Below, piece after piece: positions 10,635-20,953 of a DNA stretch of 38,866 nt. Source of the DNA: Promethearchaeota archaeon (GTDB taxonomy: Archaea > Asgardarchaeota > Lokiarchaeia > Sigyniarchaeales > SOKP01); NCBI GenBank assembly GCA_048941265.1, contig JBHLNT010000023.1, positions 1 through 38,866 on the forward strand, given 5' to 3'. The notes below the pieces were generated by a model, which saw only the letters and a program-made list of their open reading frames with translations, had not been told where the DNA came from and ran no database searches. Both the position numbers and the translations under genes were made by a program. The stretch's first letter is position 1. Each line of letters opens with the position of its first letter.

Positions 10635-12053
10635 TTGCTTAGACAAGTTATTGTTATTAAAAAGGATGATATTATATATGAAAGATTATACGCTAATGCA
10701 TTGAAAAGAGGAGAGATAGAGGATCTTCGTTTCAAGATCAAAAAAGATGCAATTAAAGAAAAAGAAAATGCAGTAGGATTTTTTGATTATTATAAATACA
10801 GAGTTTCATATGTTGTTGATCTTGAATTAGATATTATATATATATTTATAACAGGCTTAATGGATGATTATTTCAGTTTAATTAAACCTGAGATGGATGG
10901 ATTTAAGAATGAATTTTTAGAGATATTTGAAGCAGATCTTAGTAAAAATACATTGGATCCAGAGAAAATTAAAATTCTTAACAAGTATATCGATTCGATG
11001 CATAAAAATATTAAACCGAAGATTGCCGTTGTTGGATACTCTGGAGTAGGAAAAACAACAACAAAAAACTTGATTAGGATGGATGAAATTCCTTCTCATC
11101 ATATTCCAACTATTTCGGGAGATGTAGCCACGGCAAAAATCGGCGATTTAGAATTTCAAATTTTCGATTTTGCAGGCCAAGAACAATTTAGTTATTTATG
11201 GAAAGGATTTATAAAAGGAAGCAATGCTGTATTAGTAGTCACGGATTCTTCTCCCTTAAATGTGGAAAAAAGCAGGTTTTTCATTGATTTAAGAAATGAT
11301 GAGGCTCCCTATGCCCGTATTGCTATTTTAGGAAATAAACAAGATCTTGACAATGCAATGGATATCGATAATATTGAAAATATATTAGGGATTAAAACAT
11401 ATCCGATGGTAGCAAATCAACCGGAAAATCGAGAAAAAATGATTCAGATTATTGCGAATATTTTGGACATGAATATCGAATCATCTCCTCTAATCGAAGG
11501 TCTGATAGAGGGAAATAAATTCGCATCTGAACCAATGAAAGAAGCTATTAAAGAGATAAGCTTGGATGAAAGGCAAGAATATCTCAGACAGATAAATATT
11601 GATCAAAAGTTATCTAATGAAGTATCTGATGATATAAAAGGTGTAAAAGTTGAGAATATTTTGAGAAATCATCTTAAAATGATAAATTATACAGTAAAGT
11701 CGCTCAATAATGGACAGGAATTGACATTTGAAGAATTTTACAACTACTATCAAGGTTATACAAAAAACGCATTAGGATGTAGAAATATCGCTCTTAAACA
11801 ATTTTTAGAAACACAATTTTCCCGTCTGCGAAAAGAAATTGAAGAAGACGAATTTATAGCTACAAAATTGAAAGAAGACGTAGATGCTATAATTAATGCT
11901 CTCTTGTGTGCTTATCTTACAAAATCCAATCCTCAGAAATATCCAATTTTTGAGAATATTTTAAATGATTTTACTTTTAAAGGATTTGACTCCCAGACAA
12001 TTAAAGACATACATGCCTATTACTTAAGAGTTATAAATAAATTTGGAGTCTAA
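10635..12053 (+). CDS. Small GTPase (Ras superfamily, Arf/Rab-like) with N-terminal longin-like and C-terminal helical domains
   Basis: G1 GYSGVGKTT, G2 PTI, G3 DFAGQ, G4 NKQD, variant G5 MVA; ~125-aa N-terminal and ~190-aa C-terminal extensions. Confidence 0.88.
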   Translation: MLRQVIVIKKDDIIYERLYANALKRGEIEDLRFKIKKDAIKEKENAVGFFDYYKYRVSYVVDLELDIIYIFITGLMDDYFSLIKPEMDGFKNEFLEIFEADLSKNTLDPEKIKILNKYIDSMHKNIKPKIAVVGYSGVGKTTTKNLIRMDEIPSHHIPTISGDVATAKIGDLEFQIFDFAGQEQFSYLWKGFIKGSNAVLVVTDSSPLNVEKSRFFIDLRNDEAPYARIAILGNKQDLDNAMDIDNIENILGIKTYPMVANQPENREKMIQIIANILDMNIESSPLIEGLIEGNKFASEPMKEAIKEISLDERQEYLRQINIDQKLSNEVSDDIKGVKVENILRNHLKMINYTVKSLNNGQELTFEEFYNYYQGYTKNALGCRNIALKQFLETQFSRLRKEIEEDEFIATKLKEDVDAIINALLCAYLTKSNPQKYPIFENILNDFTFKGFDSQTIKDIHAYYLRVINKFGV

Positions 12054-12145
12054 TTTACTTTTTTTTAAAATGCGAATTTTTTCTATGAATTGATATCTTT
12101 AGTAAATTATTTCTTTACGAGTTCAATTATCTGATCTTTATTGTA

Positions 12146-13540
12146 TTATTTCTCTCTATTTGATAAAGAGTGGTGGTATTCGTACATCATTTTTAATGCC
12201 ATAACGGCATGTTTTATCCTATCAACCACAGGAATCTTGAATTTTGATGAGGCATTCATAATAAATTCAAAAACCCAACGTGAACCAAAGCTAACGACTA
12301 TGAAAGGTTTATTTGTCTCTTTTGATAATTTATTTAATATCCGAAATGACATCTTTATCCCTGCGCCAAATCCCTCGAACTCTTCTAATGGGCCTCTTGG
12401 GACCGTAAATATAAACAAAATGGCATCAACGTTTTTATCTTTAAATAATACCTTAAGTGAAGGTATTAAAGTTGTTCCCTGGGAAGGTCCCAAATCAATG
12501 GTTCCACCGATGGATACCCAATCTGGTATAATATCTCTAATTTCTTTAATAGATTCTTCACTTAATGATGCTAGTGATAATCCTTGTTTTTTTATTTCAT
12601 CGCAAGCTAAAATACCCAAGCTTCCTGAACCTGTTACGACAGCTATATTTTTACCCTTAGGTAAAGTTTGTGTAGAAAAGATATGAGCAATATTGAATAA
12701 CTCATAAAAGTTTTCAACTCGAAAGACTCCAGGGTGTTGTTTGAACATCGCATCATAAATCCTGTCATTTCCTGCAATTGAACCAGTATGACTTTTAACA
12801 GCCCTAGAACCGATATCACTACGACCGTTTTTTAGAATTAAGACGGGTTTTGTCATATTTTTTAAAACTTTCATCAAATCTTTACCCCGTTTCGTGCCTT
12901 CTAAATACAATGTAATTACTTTAGTTTCAGAATCATTATTTAAATATTCAAGCATATCTACTTCATCTATATCGATCTTATTCCCGAGAGTAATGGATTT
13001 TGAAAATCCAATATTTTGACTTGCCCCCCAATCAATAAAAACATTACCAAGCACTCCAGACTGTGCAATAATTGAGATATTACCTTTGACCACCCGGTGG
13101 AATTGTACTTCAGTACTCGTGAACTCGTTATTAAAATTAGAAATACCTACGCAATTTGGACCGACTACCCTTGTCTTAGATTTTTTAATAATTTCGATAA
13201 TTTCATCTTGTAGCTTAATATTTTTATCGAGCTCTGTCTCGGCAAAGCCAGCCGATTCTAATATTATTCCCTTTACACCCTTATCAATGCTATCTCTTAT
13301 TGCTTGTGGTACATGTTTATTTCCAACTAAGATAATTGCTAATTCAATATCATCTGGTATATCTTTAATATTTTTATAAGCCTTATGCCCCAATATTTCC
13401 GATTTAGTCAAATGGACAGGATATGTTTTAAATTTTGAATTTAAAAGATATTTGGTTGTAGTATATCCGAATCTCATGGTATCTGAAGCTCCAATAATAG
13501 CTATTGTCTGAGGATTAAAAAAAAAGTCTAAATCTGTCAT
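12146..13540 (-). CDS. ADP-forming acyl-CoA synthetase alpha subunit (CoA-binding protein)
   Basis: IAIIGAS, SAGFAE, GPNCVG, QSG, GNKID, phospho-His motif SHTGSIAG. Confidence 0.9.
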   Translation of the reverse strand: MTDLDFFFNPQTIAIIGASDTMRFGYTTTKYLLNSKFKTYPVHLTKSEILGHKAYKNIKDIPDDIELAIILVGNKHVPQAIRDSIDKGVKGIILESAGFAETELDKNIKLQDEIIEIIKKSKTRVVGPNCVGISNFNNEFTSTEVQFHRVVKGNISIIAQSGVLGNVFIDWGASQNIGFSKSITLGNKIDIDEVDMLEYLNNDSETKVITLYLEGTKRGKDLMKVLKNMTKPVLILKNGRSDIGSRAVKSHTGSIAGNDRIYDAMFKQHPGVFRVENFYELFNIAHIFSTQTLPKGKNIAVVTGSGSLGILACDEIKKQGLSLASLSEESIKEIRDIIPDWVSIGGTIDLGPSQGTTLIPSLKVLFKDKNVDAILFIFTVPRGPLEEFEGFGAGIKMSFRILNKLSKETNKPFIVVSFGSRWVFEFIMNASSKFKIPVVDRIKHAVMALKMMYEYHHSLSNREK

Positions 13541-13597
13541 TTATATCAAAAAATCATAAATTTATCCTTAAAAGATAATAAGTCTAATATTCCATGA

Positions 13598-13623
13598 ACC
13601 TTAAATATTAGGATATTTAAGGT
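13598..13623. promoter_or_regulatory. Perfect inverted repeat between divergent genes (possible operator)
   Basis: ACCTTAAATAT-tagg-ATATTTAAGGT, 11-bp arms. Confidence 0.45.
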
Positions 13624-13712
13624 AATTAGTCTTTAAAATTCCAGATGTTTTTATAGGTTTGTATAGAATTTTAGGATATACGAGAGACATATTAGTGAAT
13701 TTAAATAGTATT

Positions 13713-14246
13713 ATGACAACCGTTAGCAAAATAAGAGAAGTCCAAATTATTTGTCCAATTTGCAAGTCTGAAAAACTATTAGATATACCTGAATCTATTA
13801 TTAATCAAGCGAAACAACTAACAACAGTTTCAATTCAAAAAGGGATGTTATGTAATCACCATTTCCAAGCATTTATAGACAAAAACTTTAAAGTTCGAGG
13901 TTATCAGAAGATAGATTTTGAGGTTACTCCTAAAAGAATGGAAGTTAAAAGCACTTTTAAGAACAAAAAAGAAAGCTCAAAAAATAATGATGAGGAGTTA
14001 TTTGAGAATCTTATAATGGAAGGGAATTTTCTTGAATATAATCCAAAAAACCTTAGTGGCACTGATTTAAATGCAATTCCTGAAAGAAGAGGAGAATCTG
14101 GTAAAAGAAAAGACTTGTCACTTAAGGAAATATATGATCTCTTTTGGGAATTTATCGATGAAGATAACAGAGAATTCAGGGAATTAATAATTAAAGATAA
14201 AAGAAGAAAATCCTTAAAAAAGGCTCTTAAACCTATAGAGCATTAA
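13713..14246 (+). CDS. Zn-binding hypothetical protein
   Basis: CPICK...CNHHFQAFIDKNFKVRGYQKID; ATG at 13713 preferred to TTG at 13659. Confidence 0.65.
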   Translation: MTTVSKIREVQIICPICKSEKLLDIPESIINQAKQLTTVSIQKGMLCNHHFQAFIDKNFKVRGYQKIDFEVTPKRMEVKSTFKNKKESSKNNDEELFENLIMEGNFLEYNPKNLSGTDLNAIPERRGESGKRKDLSLKEIYDLFWEFIDEDNREFRELIIKDKRRKSLKKALKPIEH

Positions 14247-14406
14247 GTTTTTTTCCTTATTTTTTAATTTTAGGACCAACTAAACCTTTATTAATCTTAA
14301 AGCTTTTGTCAGAAAAGATTTTTAATGTTAAAAATCAAAATGAATTATATAACTAAAAAAGAGAGATCTTTATTTACTAAAATTTGTCCAACTTTAGGAG
14401 CTAGAT

Positions 14407-15555
14407 ATGTATTTAAGAGGTTTAGTAAAGAAAGAATTCGGTCGTATACAGTCGGATAAGCGAACATTAGTATTAATTTTTGTTATTCCTATCATTTTAA
14501 TTATAATCTTCGGATTAACAAGCGGGGGTGGTCCGACAGCCTATTTTAATGCCGCAATTATAACTCGAGATAAAGAACCATGCTATTGCTATAACTCTAC
14601 AGATGGTTATGATGATATATTTATAGATATAGTTGCAGATGAATGCGAAGCATGGGGTCTCTTTGAGGATTTTGAAAGTGAAAATGATGATGATTATGAT
14701 AAAATTTTTGATAAGTGCGTTGAGCTGTTAAGAGATGAGATCATTGATGTTTTTATAATATTACCTGATGATTTTTCAGAAACCATTACAAATGATACTG
14801 ATACAAAAATCATTTACTATATTGATGGTTCTGATCAACAAGCTAAGGATGCGGTTGAAGTCGCCCTGCAAGAACCAATTGGTAAATTTAGATTAGAAAT
14901 AGGTAAAACGGTGAATTTTACCACAATGGCCCCTTATTTAGAATACGAAGTGCCATTTTGGGAATCCCAAGTTCTAAACTATGCCTTTGCCTTGATTGCC
15001 TCAATGCTTATATTAGGATTATTAATGAATCTCACATCCTTGTCAATTGTCTCAGAAAAGCCACTTCCGCGTATGTTGTTAACACCTACCGCTAAAGATG
15101 AGATTATTTTGAGTAAATTAATAGCCAATACAATTATCATGATTCTACAAGTAACAGAAATTTTTGTTATGTCGGCAATTTTCGGATTATATTGTCTTGG
15201 TTCTCTTTTTGAGCTTTATGTAGTATTATTGATGACTGGTTTTTGTGGAATATGTATGGGTCTATTTATTTCAGCAATTTCTAAAACTGAACAAGTTGCT
15301 AATCAGTTATATATGATGCTCTTTATTACAGTAATTATGTTCTCGGGCGCATTTATAAATATTGAATCTTTACCGCTCGCAATGCAAATTATAATTAATT
15401 CATTGCCATTAAGCCATTCCATTCCACTTATTATCAATATTACAATGAAAGGACTCTCAATTGATTATACTCACTTAGGAAGTTTAGCCCTAATATCAGC
15501 TAGTTTTGCCGTTATGGCATACATAGCATTTAGGTTTAAGAAGATGGAGGTGTAA
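14407..15555 (+). CDS. ABC-2 type exporter permease with extracellular domain (YhhJ/YbhR-like)
   Basis: KKEF...D.RTL N-terminus, one TM + exodomain + five TM, LTP...EIILSK, FSG, PLSH. Confidence 0.9.
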   Translation: MYLRGLVKKEFGRIQSDKRTLVLIFVIPIILIIIFGLTSGGGPTAYFNAAIITRDKEPCYCYNSTDGYDDIFIDIVADECEAWGLFEDFESENDDDYDKIFDKCVELLRDEIIDVFIILPDDFSETITNDTDTKIIYYIDGSDQQAKDAVEVALQEPIGKFRLEIGKTVNFTTMAPYLEYEVPFWESQVLNYAFALIASMLILGLLMNLTSLSIVSEKPLPRMLLTPTAKDEIILSKLIANTIIMILQVTEIFVMSAIFGLYCLGSLFELYVVLLMTGFCGICMGLFISAISKTEQVANQLYMMLFITVIMFSGAFINIESLPLAMQIIINSLPLSHSIPLIINITMKGLSIDYTHLGSLALISASFAVMAYIAFRFKKMEV

Positions 15556-15562
15556 TTCTAGA

Positions 15563-16783
15563 TTGGCAAAATCCAAAATAAATGAAAAATGGAATAGCGG
15601 AACAATGATAAAATATAGTTTATGGAGAATCGTTCGACAAATCAAAAAAGAGTTTAAGCTCCTTAAAATAGATAAAATGAATCTATTAATCGCACTTGCT
15701 ATGCCTCCTGCAATAATTATGCTCTTTGCTTTTATGTCAACAAGTGCTTCAGTCACTATCCCTATAAAAGTCAGCGTCGTTAGTTATGACTCTAATACTT
15801 TCGTTAATCAAAATAATTATACAGAAACAACAACCTGGGATAACTATAGTAGTGCTTATTTAGACGCAGTAAAAGAGTCAGAATTATTAGAATTAATTGA
15901 ATTTTATGATGCAAGCGAATCTGAGGATGAATATGCCATGGAAACGGCGAGAAATGAAATGCGTGATGGAAATATAGAATGTATAATCGTCATACCTGTT
16001 GAATTTTCAGAATTGTTGTTAACAGGTTATCCGGGGATTATAGAACTTATACCGGATGCGTCAGACGCGGTTAGTATTCAAGATAAGCTTAATGCTGTCC
16101 AAGATTCCATTAAAATATTTGTGAAGGAAAATGATTTAGAACCTGAATATGTTTTACAAGAATATGAGGAATTTTCAGTTCCTTCAAATTATAATTTTAG
16201 GTACAACTATAATATGACGATCCTATTACCATTTATGACTTTTGGGATTTCCTTTGTTCTTACCATTTTAGTGGTCGTCCAAGAGAAACCTATAGCAAGA
16301 CTTTTACTTACTCCGGTACAAAAAGCGGAAATTCTGCTCTCTAAATTTATTGTTTATTCCATTGTATTAGCACTTCAAGTCTTTCTGGTCCTCACAGTTG
16401 CGATTGCTAATGGTCTTTATATTGCAGGAAATGTTGTTGATTTATATCTTGCTCTATATATGTTAGGTTTTGCAGGTGTGAGTTTAGGAATGTTTATCAG
16501 TACCGTGAGTAATACAAAAACCGAGGCAAATCAGCTATACTTTGCATTTTTCATCGTTATTATTTTATTAAGTGGTATGTTTGTCCCGATAGATTCAATG
16601 CCCGAATATTTACAAACTATCGCTTATATGCTCCCGTTATCTCATGGTGCTCCGATAATAAAAGGAATTCTCTCTAAAGGTAAATCTTTTATTGGATTGG
16701 ATTTTTTTTGGTTACTTGGAATAAGCACAGTACTCATTATTATCTCATTTTTAGTAATGAATAGAAAACGATATGAGGTGTAA
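15563..16783 (+). CDS. ABC-2 type exporter permease, paralog 2
   Basis: KKEF..L..DK, EKPIARLLLTP, LSGMFVPI, PLSHG; GGAGGTG RBS. Confidence 0.9.
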   Translation: MAKSKINEKWNSGTMIKYSLWRIVRQIKKEFKLLKIDKMNLLIALAMPPAIIMLFAFMSTSASVTIPIKVSVVSYDSNTFVNQNNYTETTTWDNYSSAYLDAVKESELLELIEFYDASESEDEYAMETARNEMRDGNIECIIVIPVEFSELLLTGYPGIIELIPDASDAVSIQDKLNAVQDSIKIFVKENDLEPEYVLQEYEEFSVPSNYNFRYNYNMTILLPFMTFGISFVLTILVVVQEKPIARLLLTPVQKAEILLSKFIVYSIVLALQVFLVLTVAIANGLYIAGNVVDLYLALYMLGFAGVSLGMFISTVSNTKTEANQLYFAFFIVIILLSGMFVPIDSMPEYLQTIAYMLPLSHGAPIIKGILSKGKSFIGLDFFWLLGISTVLIIISFLVMNRKRYEV

Positions 16784-16784
16784 T

Positions 16785-17825
16785 TTGGTGAGTACTACAG
16801 ATTTAAAAGAGGTTGTTGTGAATGTAGAGAATTTAGAAGTAAGTTTTGGAGAAAAAAAGATTATTCACAATGTTTCTTTTAATGTGAAGCAAGGAGAGAT
16901 AATCGGTTTTTTTGGAATCTCAGGAGCAGGAAAAACAACTATAATTCGTGTTTTAACTTGTCAAATTAGCCAAAAAAATTGGACTGGTAATGTAATTGTA
17001 ACAAATTTAAGTCCTGGACGTAAAAAAAATCACTCTGAAATATTGAGTAATATTGGGTATGTTCCTCAACTGGAAGAACTCAATCTATATTATGACTTAA
17101 CACCTCTTGAGAATGTAGAGGTTTTTGCTTCATGCTACGCTATGAAAAAAAAAGAAGCAGATAGTATCGCAAAAGAATTATTTTCAATTTTAGATATCCC
17201 AGAAGATACTTGGATTAAACCATTAAAAAAAATGAGCGGGGGTGAAAAAAAAAGAGTATCTATGGCTATTGGTTTAATCCATAAGCCCGAAATTCTTTTC
17301 TTAGACGAGCCTACTACAGGTGTAGATGCGGCGAAGCGGTATGATATCCTTTCATACTTAAAAAAACTTAACCGTAGATTGGGTACTACTATGTTTTTAA
17401 TAACCCATGATATGGAAGCGGCATTAATTGTTGATCGCGCGGCTATTTTAAGAGATGGAAAACTTTTAGAATTTGACTCTAATTCGAATCTAATTACATC
17501 CTTACCTAGTAATGGTATGGTAGCGCGTTTTTCGATAGAGAATTTAAATGAGGAAAAAATAAATATTGTAAAAAGTTTTCCGGATGCCACTAACATTAAA
17601 ACGATTCGTGTTGGAAATGAGATATTGGAAGTGCTCATGGATGATTTTGGTAAGAATCTTTCAAAATTGATTAAGTTCATGATGAAAAATGATATAAAAA
17701 TAAATGCTATGAGCAGAGATGTCGCATCATTTAGAAGATACTTCCAACTGAGAATTCAAGAAGAGGAGGAGAAAGAGCGCTTAATAAGACTACAGCAAGA
17801 TTCTATGGAGGAGGTGGAAAGTTAA
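16785..17825 (+). CDS. ABC transporter ATP-binding protein
   Basis: Walker A GISGAGKT, signature MSGGE, Walker B LFLDE, H-loop ITHD; GAGGTG RBS favours TTG 16785 or GTG 16788. Confidence 0.93.
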   Translation: MVSTTDLKEVVVNVENLEVSFGEKKIIHNVSFNVKQGEIIGFFGISGAGKTTIIRVLTCQISQKNWTGNVIVTNLSPGRKKNHSEILSNIGYVPQLEELNLYYDLTPLENVEVFASCYAMKKKEADSIAKELFSILDIPEDTWIKPLKKMSGGEKKRVSMAIGLIHKPEILFLDEPTTGVDAAKRYDILSYLKKLNRRLGTTMFLITHDMEAALIVDRAAILRDGKLLEFDSNSNLITSLPSNGMVARFSIENLNEEKINIVKSFPDATNIKTIRVGNEILEVLMDDFGKNLSKLIKFMMKNDIKINAMSRDVASFRRYFQLRIQEEEEKERLIRLQQDSMEEVES

Positions 17826-17854
17826 CGGATTCCAAGACCAAACGCAAATTTAGA

Positions 17855-20800
17855 ATGTTATTAATAATAATCGCTTTTTTTGGTGCCCAATTACTTATAA
17901 TTGGTCTCATTAATTATCCATGGATAACGTATTATGATGAAAATGAAGTAAGAGATCGAAAAGATGAGATGCTGAATTTTGTAAATAGTCATCAAAATCC
18001 CGATTCTAATCTTTTTATAGAGCCAACAATAGAGTCCACCTATAGGGCTATAGACTCAATAAATTTTTCTAATCCTATATTCTCTTCTACAGATTTAATA
18101 AATCCAAGATATAATGAACATTTGGATAGGGATCTGGAGGATTTTTTTTTTTATTACCTATTTGAGAAACAGAATGATAATGGCGCCTTTTCAGATATAT
18201 ATGGATTGGGAAATATGATTTCTACTTATCAAGTTATTGATACTATTGATAAATTAGATAGTTCATTCATGTTTTTACATTATCAAGAATATGAAGTCAA
18301 TAAAATTAGTATGATTATTCAATATTTAAGAAATTCATTAGCTAAAAATGGTTATGGTTTTAAGCTTAATGAACTTTCTCCCATATCTGATATAATCTCA
18401 ACCTATTGTGCAATTAGAATTTGTAATATTTTGGGAGCGAATGACCTACTTAGTAATGAAAATATCTCTCGATTTGTTAATACAACCTTAGTTGATTTGA
18501 CCCCTGAACTTACTTATTATAGAATACAATCCTATTTAGATTTAGGTCTACAATTAAATTCAACTCAAAAAGCCGCAATCTATGCATACTTTTTTGCTTA
18601 TTATAATCTTGATGGAGGATATTCTATGGTAGTAGGTACTGAATCAGATGTCCAATCAACTAACTTTGCAGTTTCCACTTTAAGTAATTTAAATTTAACA
18701 ATACCTAATTTAAACAAGACTTTATATTATATTTTAAATTGTTCAAAACTGGACGGGGGTTTTGGGTATCGTCCAGACAACGCAACTCAGAATTATAACT
18801 CAGATTTTAAATCGGGCTGGGCAGCAATGAAATCTATTGACATTCTTGAAAAAAATACCACTTTAAACAGGGTAAATAATAATTTTTACCGCCGAAGTTA
18901 TTATAATTGGTTATATGATCATCAAGCTAAAAATGGTTTATTCGGTGAAATTTCAATCCAAGCAAATTATTGGGGTGTATTATCAAATTTTGAAGCTGAT
19001 TCTGAAAACTTGCCAGAAAATGTAGATATTGATGATATTTGGGATTATGTAGAAGATTGCTATGATAATAGTGAGGGTGGTTTTGGATATAAAATTAATG
19101 AGGATGCGAGTATATTTTCTACCTTCTGTGCTCTAAATATATATGGTATGTTCTATAATTATGAAGAATATAATTTTGAACTACCTAATATCAATAAAAC
19201 TATAGATTACTTAGTTGACCTTCAAAATTCAGATGGCGGATTTAATTTAGGTCTTGATCTATATCAAATTACCGCTTTCTTTGGACCATTAAGAGATATG
19301 TTTTTTACATTATTAAAAACTAATATTTCTACGGTTGAAAGTACTTATTGGGCTCTTTCTTCATTAGACAGTTTAGGAGCAATAGACAAAGTAGATGAAG
19401 AAGATTTAATGCATTGGATATTCTCGTGTCAGAATGCTGATGGAGGATTTTCTGTAATTCTAGGTTTTCATAGCGATACTATTTCAACATATTTTGGGTT
19501 AGCTGTTTTTAAATTATTAAATACCGATCCACTATCAAAAATTGGGCCTATCGAGTTTTTAAAAAATGCACAAAATGATGAGGGTAGTTTTGATCCTATG
19601 CCTGCTCTTTCTTTGATATTCGATCTTCCTACATCATTCCTTTTAACATATTTCGCTGCAATGGGACTTTATGATTCTGAGTATCAGCCCGAAGATGTAG
19701 AAAAATTAATCGATTGGTATGAGGATTGTTTCAGTTCGAATACAGGTGGAATGGGAGATAATCCGGGATTCGGTGGAGACTTACGAAATACGCCTTATGG
19801 TATAATTTTAATAGAAGAACTTAGATATGATCAAGCTTTTAACCCTAGACCATGGACTGAATTAATCACAATTATAATCTTGACTGAAATAATGCTACTT
19901 CTATTATATGGAATTGTAAATGCCATCATCACTTTAAACGCAACAATTTCAAAAAAAATAAAAGTGAGATTTGGAATTGGAGAAAAATTTAATATCTCAT
20001 ATTTAAGAAAGTCTCCTGCAGTTTATTGTGAAAATTTAAATGTATTTGCTGGTGGAAAACTAATTGTAGATTCCGTTTCAATGAGATTAGAACATGGTGA
20101 AATTTTAGGGGTATTAGGTGAGAGCGGAGCAGGAAAGTCTACATTTGTAAAAGCTTTGCTGGGAATGCGGAAATTTACTGGGATTAATCAAGTTTATGGA
20201 ATGGACGTGAAAAAATACTCAAAAAAAATGAGACCTATCTATGGATACGTCCCTCAGCAATTGATGTTATATAATAATTTTACTGTGTTACAAAATATTT
20301 TCTATTTTGGAAAAAGATATGATTTATCAGAAAAAGAAATCATAAGTAGAACCAAGAGAATCTTACGATCATTAGAAATTGAGGATAAGATTAATGAAAA
20401 AGTCCAGAATCTTTCAGGCGGTCAAAAAAGGCGTGTAAGTATAGCATTAGCACTTATTCATAATCCTGTTATTCTTTGGATGGATGAGCCGACATCGGGA
20501 TTAGATCCCGTAGTGCGAGAAAATCTCTGGATAGCATTAACCAAAATTAATGAGCAATTCAATACAACTTTGATTGTTATAACACATTATCCAGAAGAAT
20601 CACGTTTTTGTCATCGAGTCGCGATTTTTGGAAGGCAAAGAGGAATGATAGATTATGGTCGTCCAAGGGAATTACTTACCCAATTACCTGGACGTGGACG
20701 AAAAATCGAATTATACTTTAATGAGATAAAAGAAGATGCTATTAAGAGATTAGAATCCATTGATGGTATAGAAATTGTATTAGAAAGAAAAGCCGGTACT

Positions 20801-20953
20801 GATTTTTTATTATTTACTGATCTTGATCTGAATTCTTTGTTTGATATAATAAAACAAGAATTTCCAAAATCAATACCCCAAATGATTCAATCAGATTGTC
20901 AGATGGAAGATTTATTCCGAATTTTAGCTTTAAAGGTGCCTGAGATTGAATAG
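17855..20953 (+). CDS. Fusion protein: TM - prenyltransferase/squalene-oxidase-repeat alpha/alpha barrel exodomain - TM - ABC ATPase
   Basis: Repeated Q-N-x-D-G-G-F-type motifs (QNDNGAF, QNSDGGF, QNADGGF, QNDEGSF and others); TM near aa 670-695; GESGAGKS, LSGGQ, LWMDE, ITHY. Confidence 0.85.
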   Translation: MLLIIIAFFGAQLLIIGLINYPWITYYDENEVRDRKDEMLNFVNSHQNPDSNLFIEPTIESTYRAIDSINFSNPIFSSTDLINPRYNEHLDRDLEDFFFYYLFEKQNDNGAFSDIYGLGNMISTYQVIDTIDKLDSSFMFLHYQEYEVNKISMIIQYLRNSLAKNGYGFKLNELSPISDIISTYCAIRICNILGANDLLSNENISRFVNTTLVDLTPELTYYRIQSYLDLGLQLNSTQKAAIYAYFFAYYNLDGGYSMVVGTESDVQSTNFAVSTLSNLNLTIPNLNKTLYYILNCSKLDGGFGYRPDNATQNYNSDFKSGWAAMKSIDILEKNTTLNRVNNNFYRRSYYNWLYDHQAKNGLFGEISIQANYWGVLSNFEADSENLPENVDIDDIWDYVEDCYDNSEGGFGYKINEDASIFSTFCALNIYGMFYNYEEYNFELPNINKTIDYLVDLQNSDGGFNLGLDLYQITAFFGPLRDMFFTLLKTNISTVESTYWALSSLDSLGAIDKVDEEDLMHWIFSCQNADGGFSVILGFHSDTISTYFGLAVFKLLNTDPLSKIGPIEFLKNAQNDEGSFDPMPALSLIFDLPTSFLLTYFAAMGLYDSEYQPEDVEKLIDWYEDCFSSNTGGMGDNPGFGGDLRNTPYGIILIEELRYDQAFNPRPWTELITIIILTEIMLLLLYGIVNAIITLNATISKKIKVRFGIGEKFNISYLRKSPAVYCENLNVFAGGKLIVDSVSMRLEHGEILGVLGESGAGKSTFVKALLGMRKFTGINQVYGMDVKKYSKKMRPIYGYVPQQLMLYNNFTVLQNIFYFGKRYDLSEKEIISRTKRILRSLEIEDKINEKVQNLSGGQKRRVSIALALIHNPVILWMDEPTSGLDPVVRENLWIALTKINEQFNTTLIVITHYPEESRFCHRVAIFGRQRGMIDYGRPRELLTQLPGRGRKIELYFNEIKEDAIKRLESIDGIEIVLERKAGTDFLLFTDLDLNSLFDIIKQEFPKSIPQMIQSDCQMEDLFRILALKVPEIE

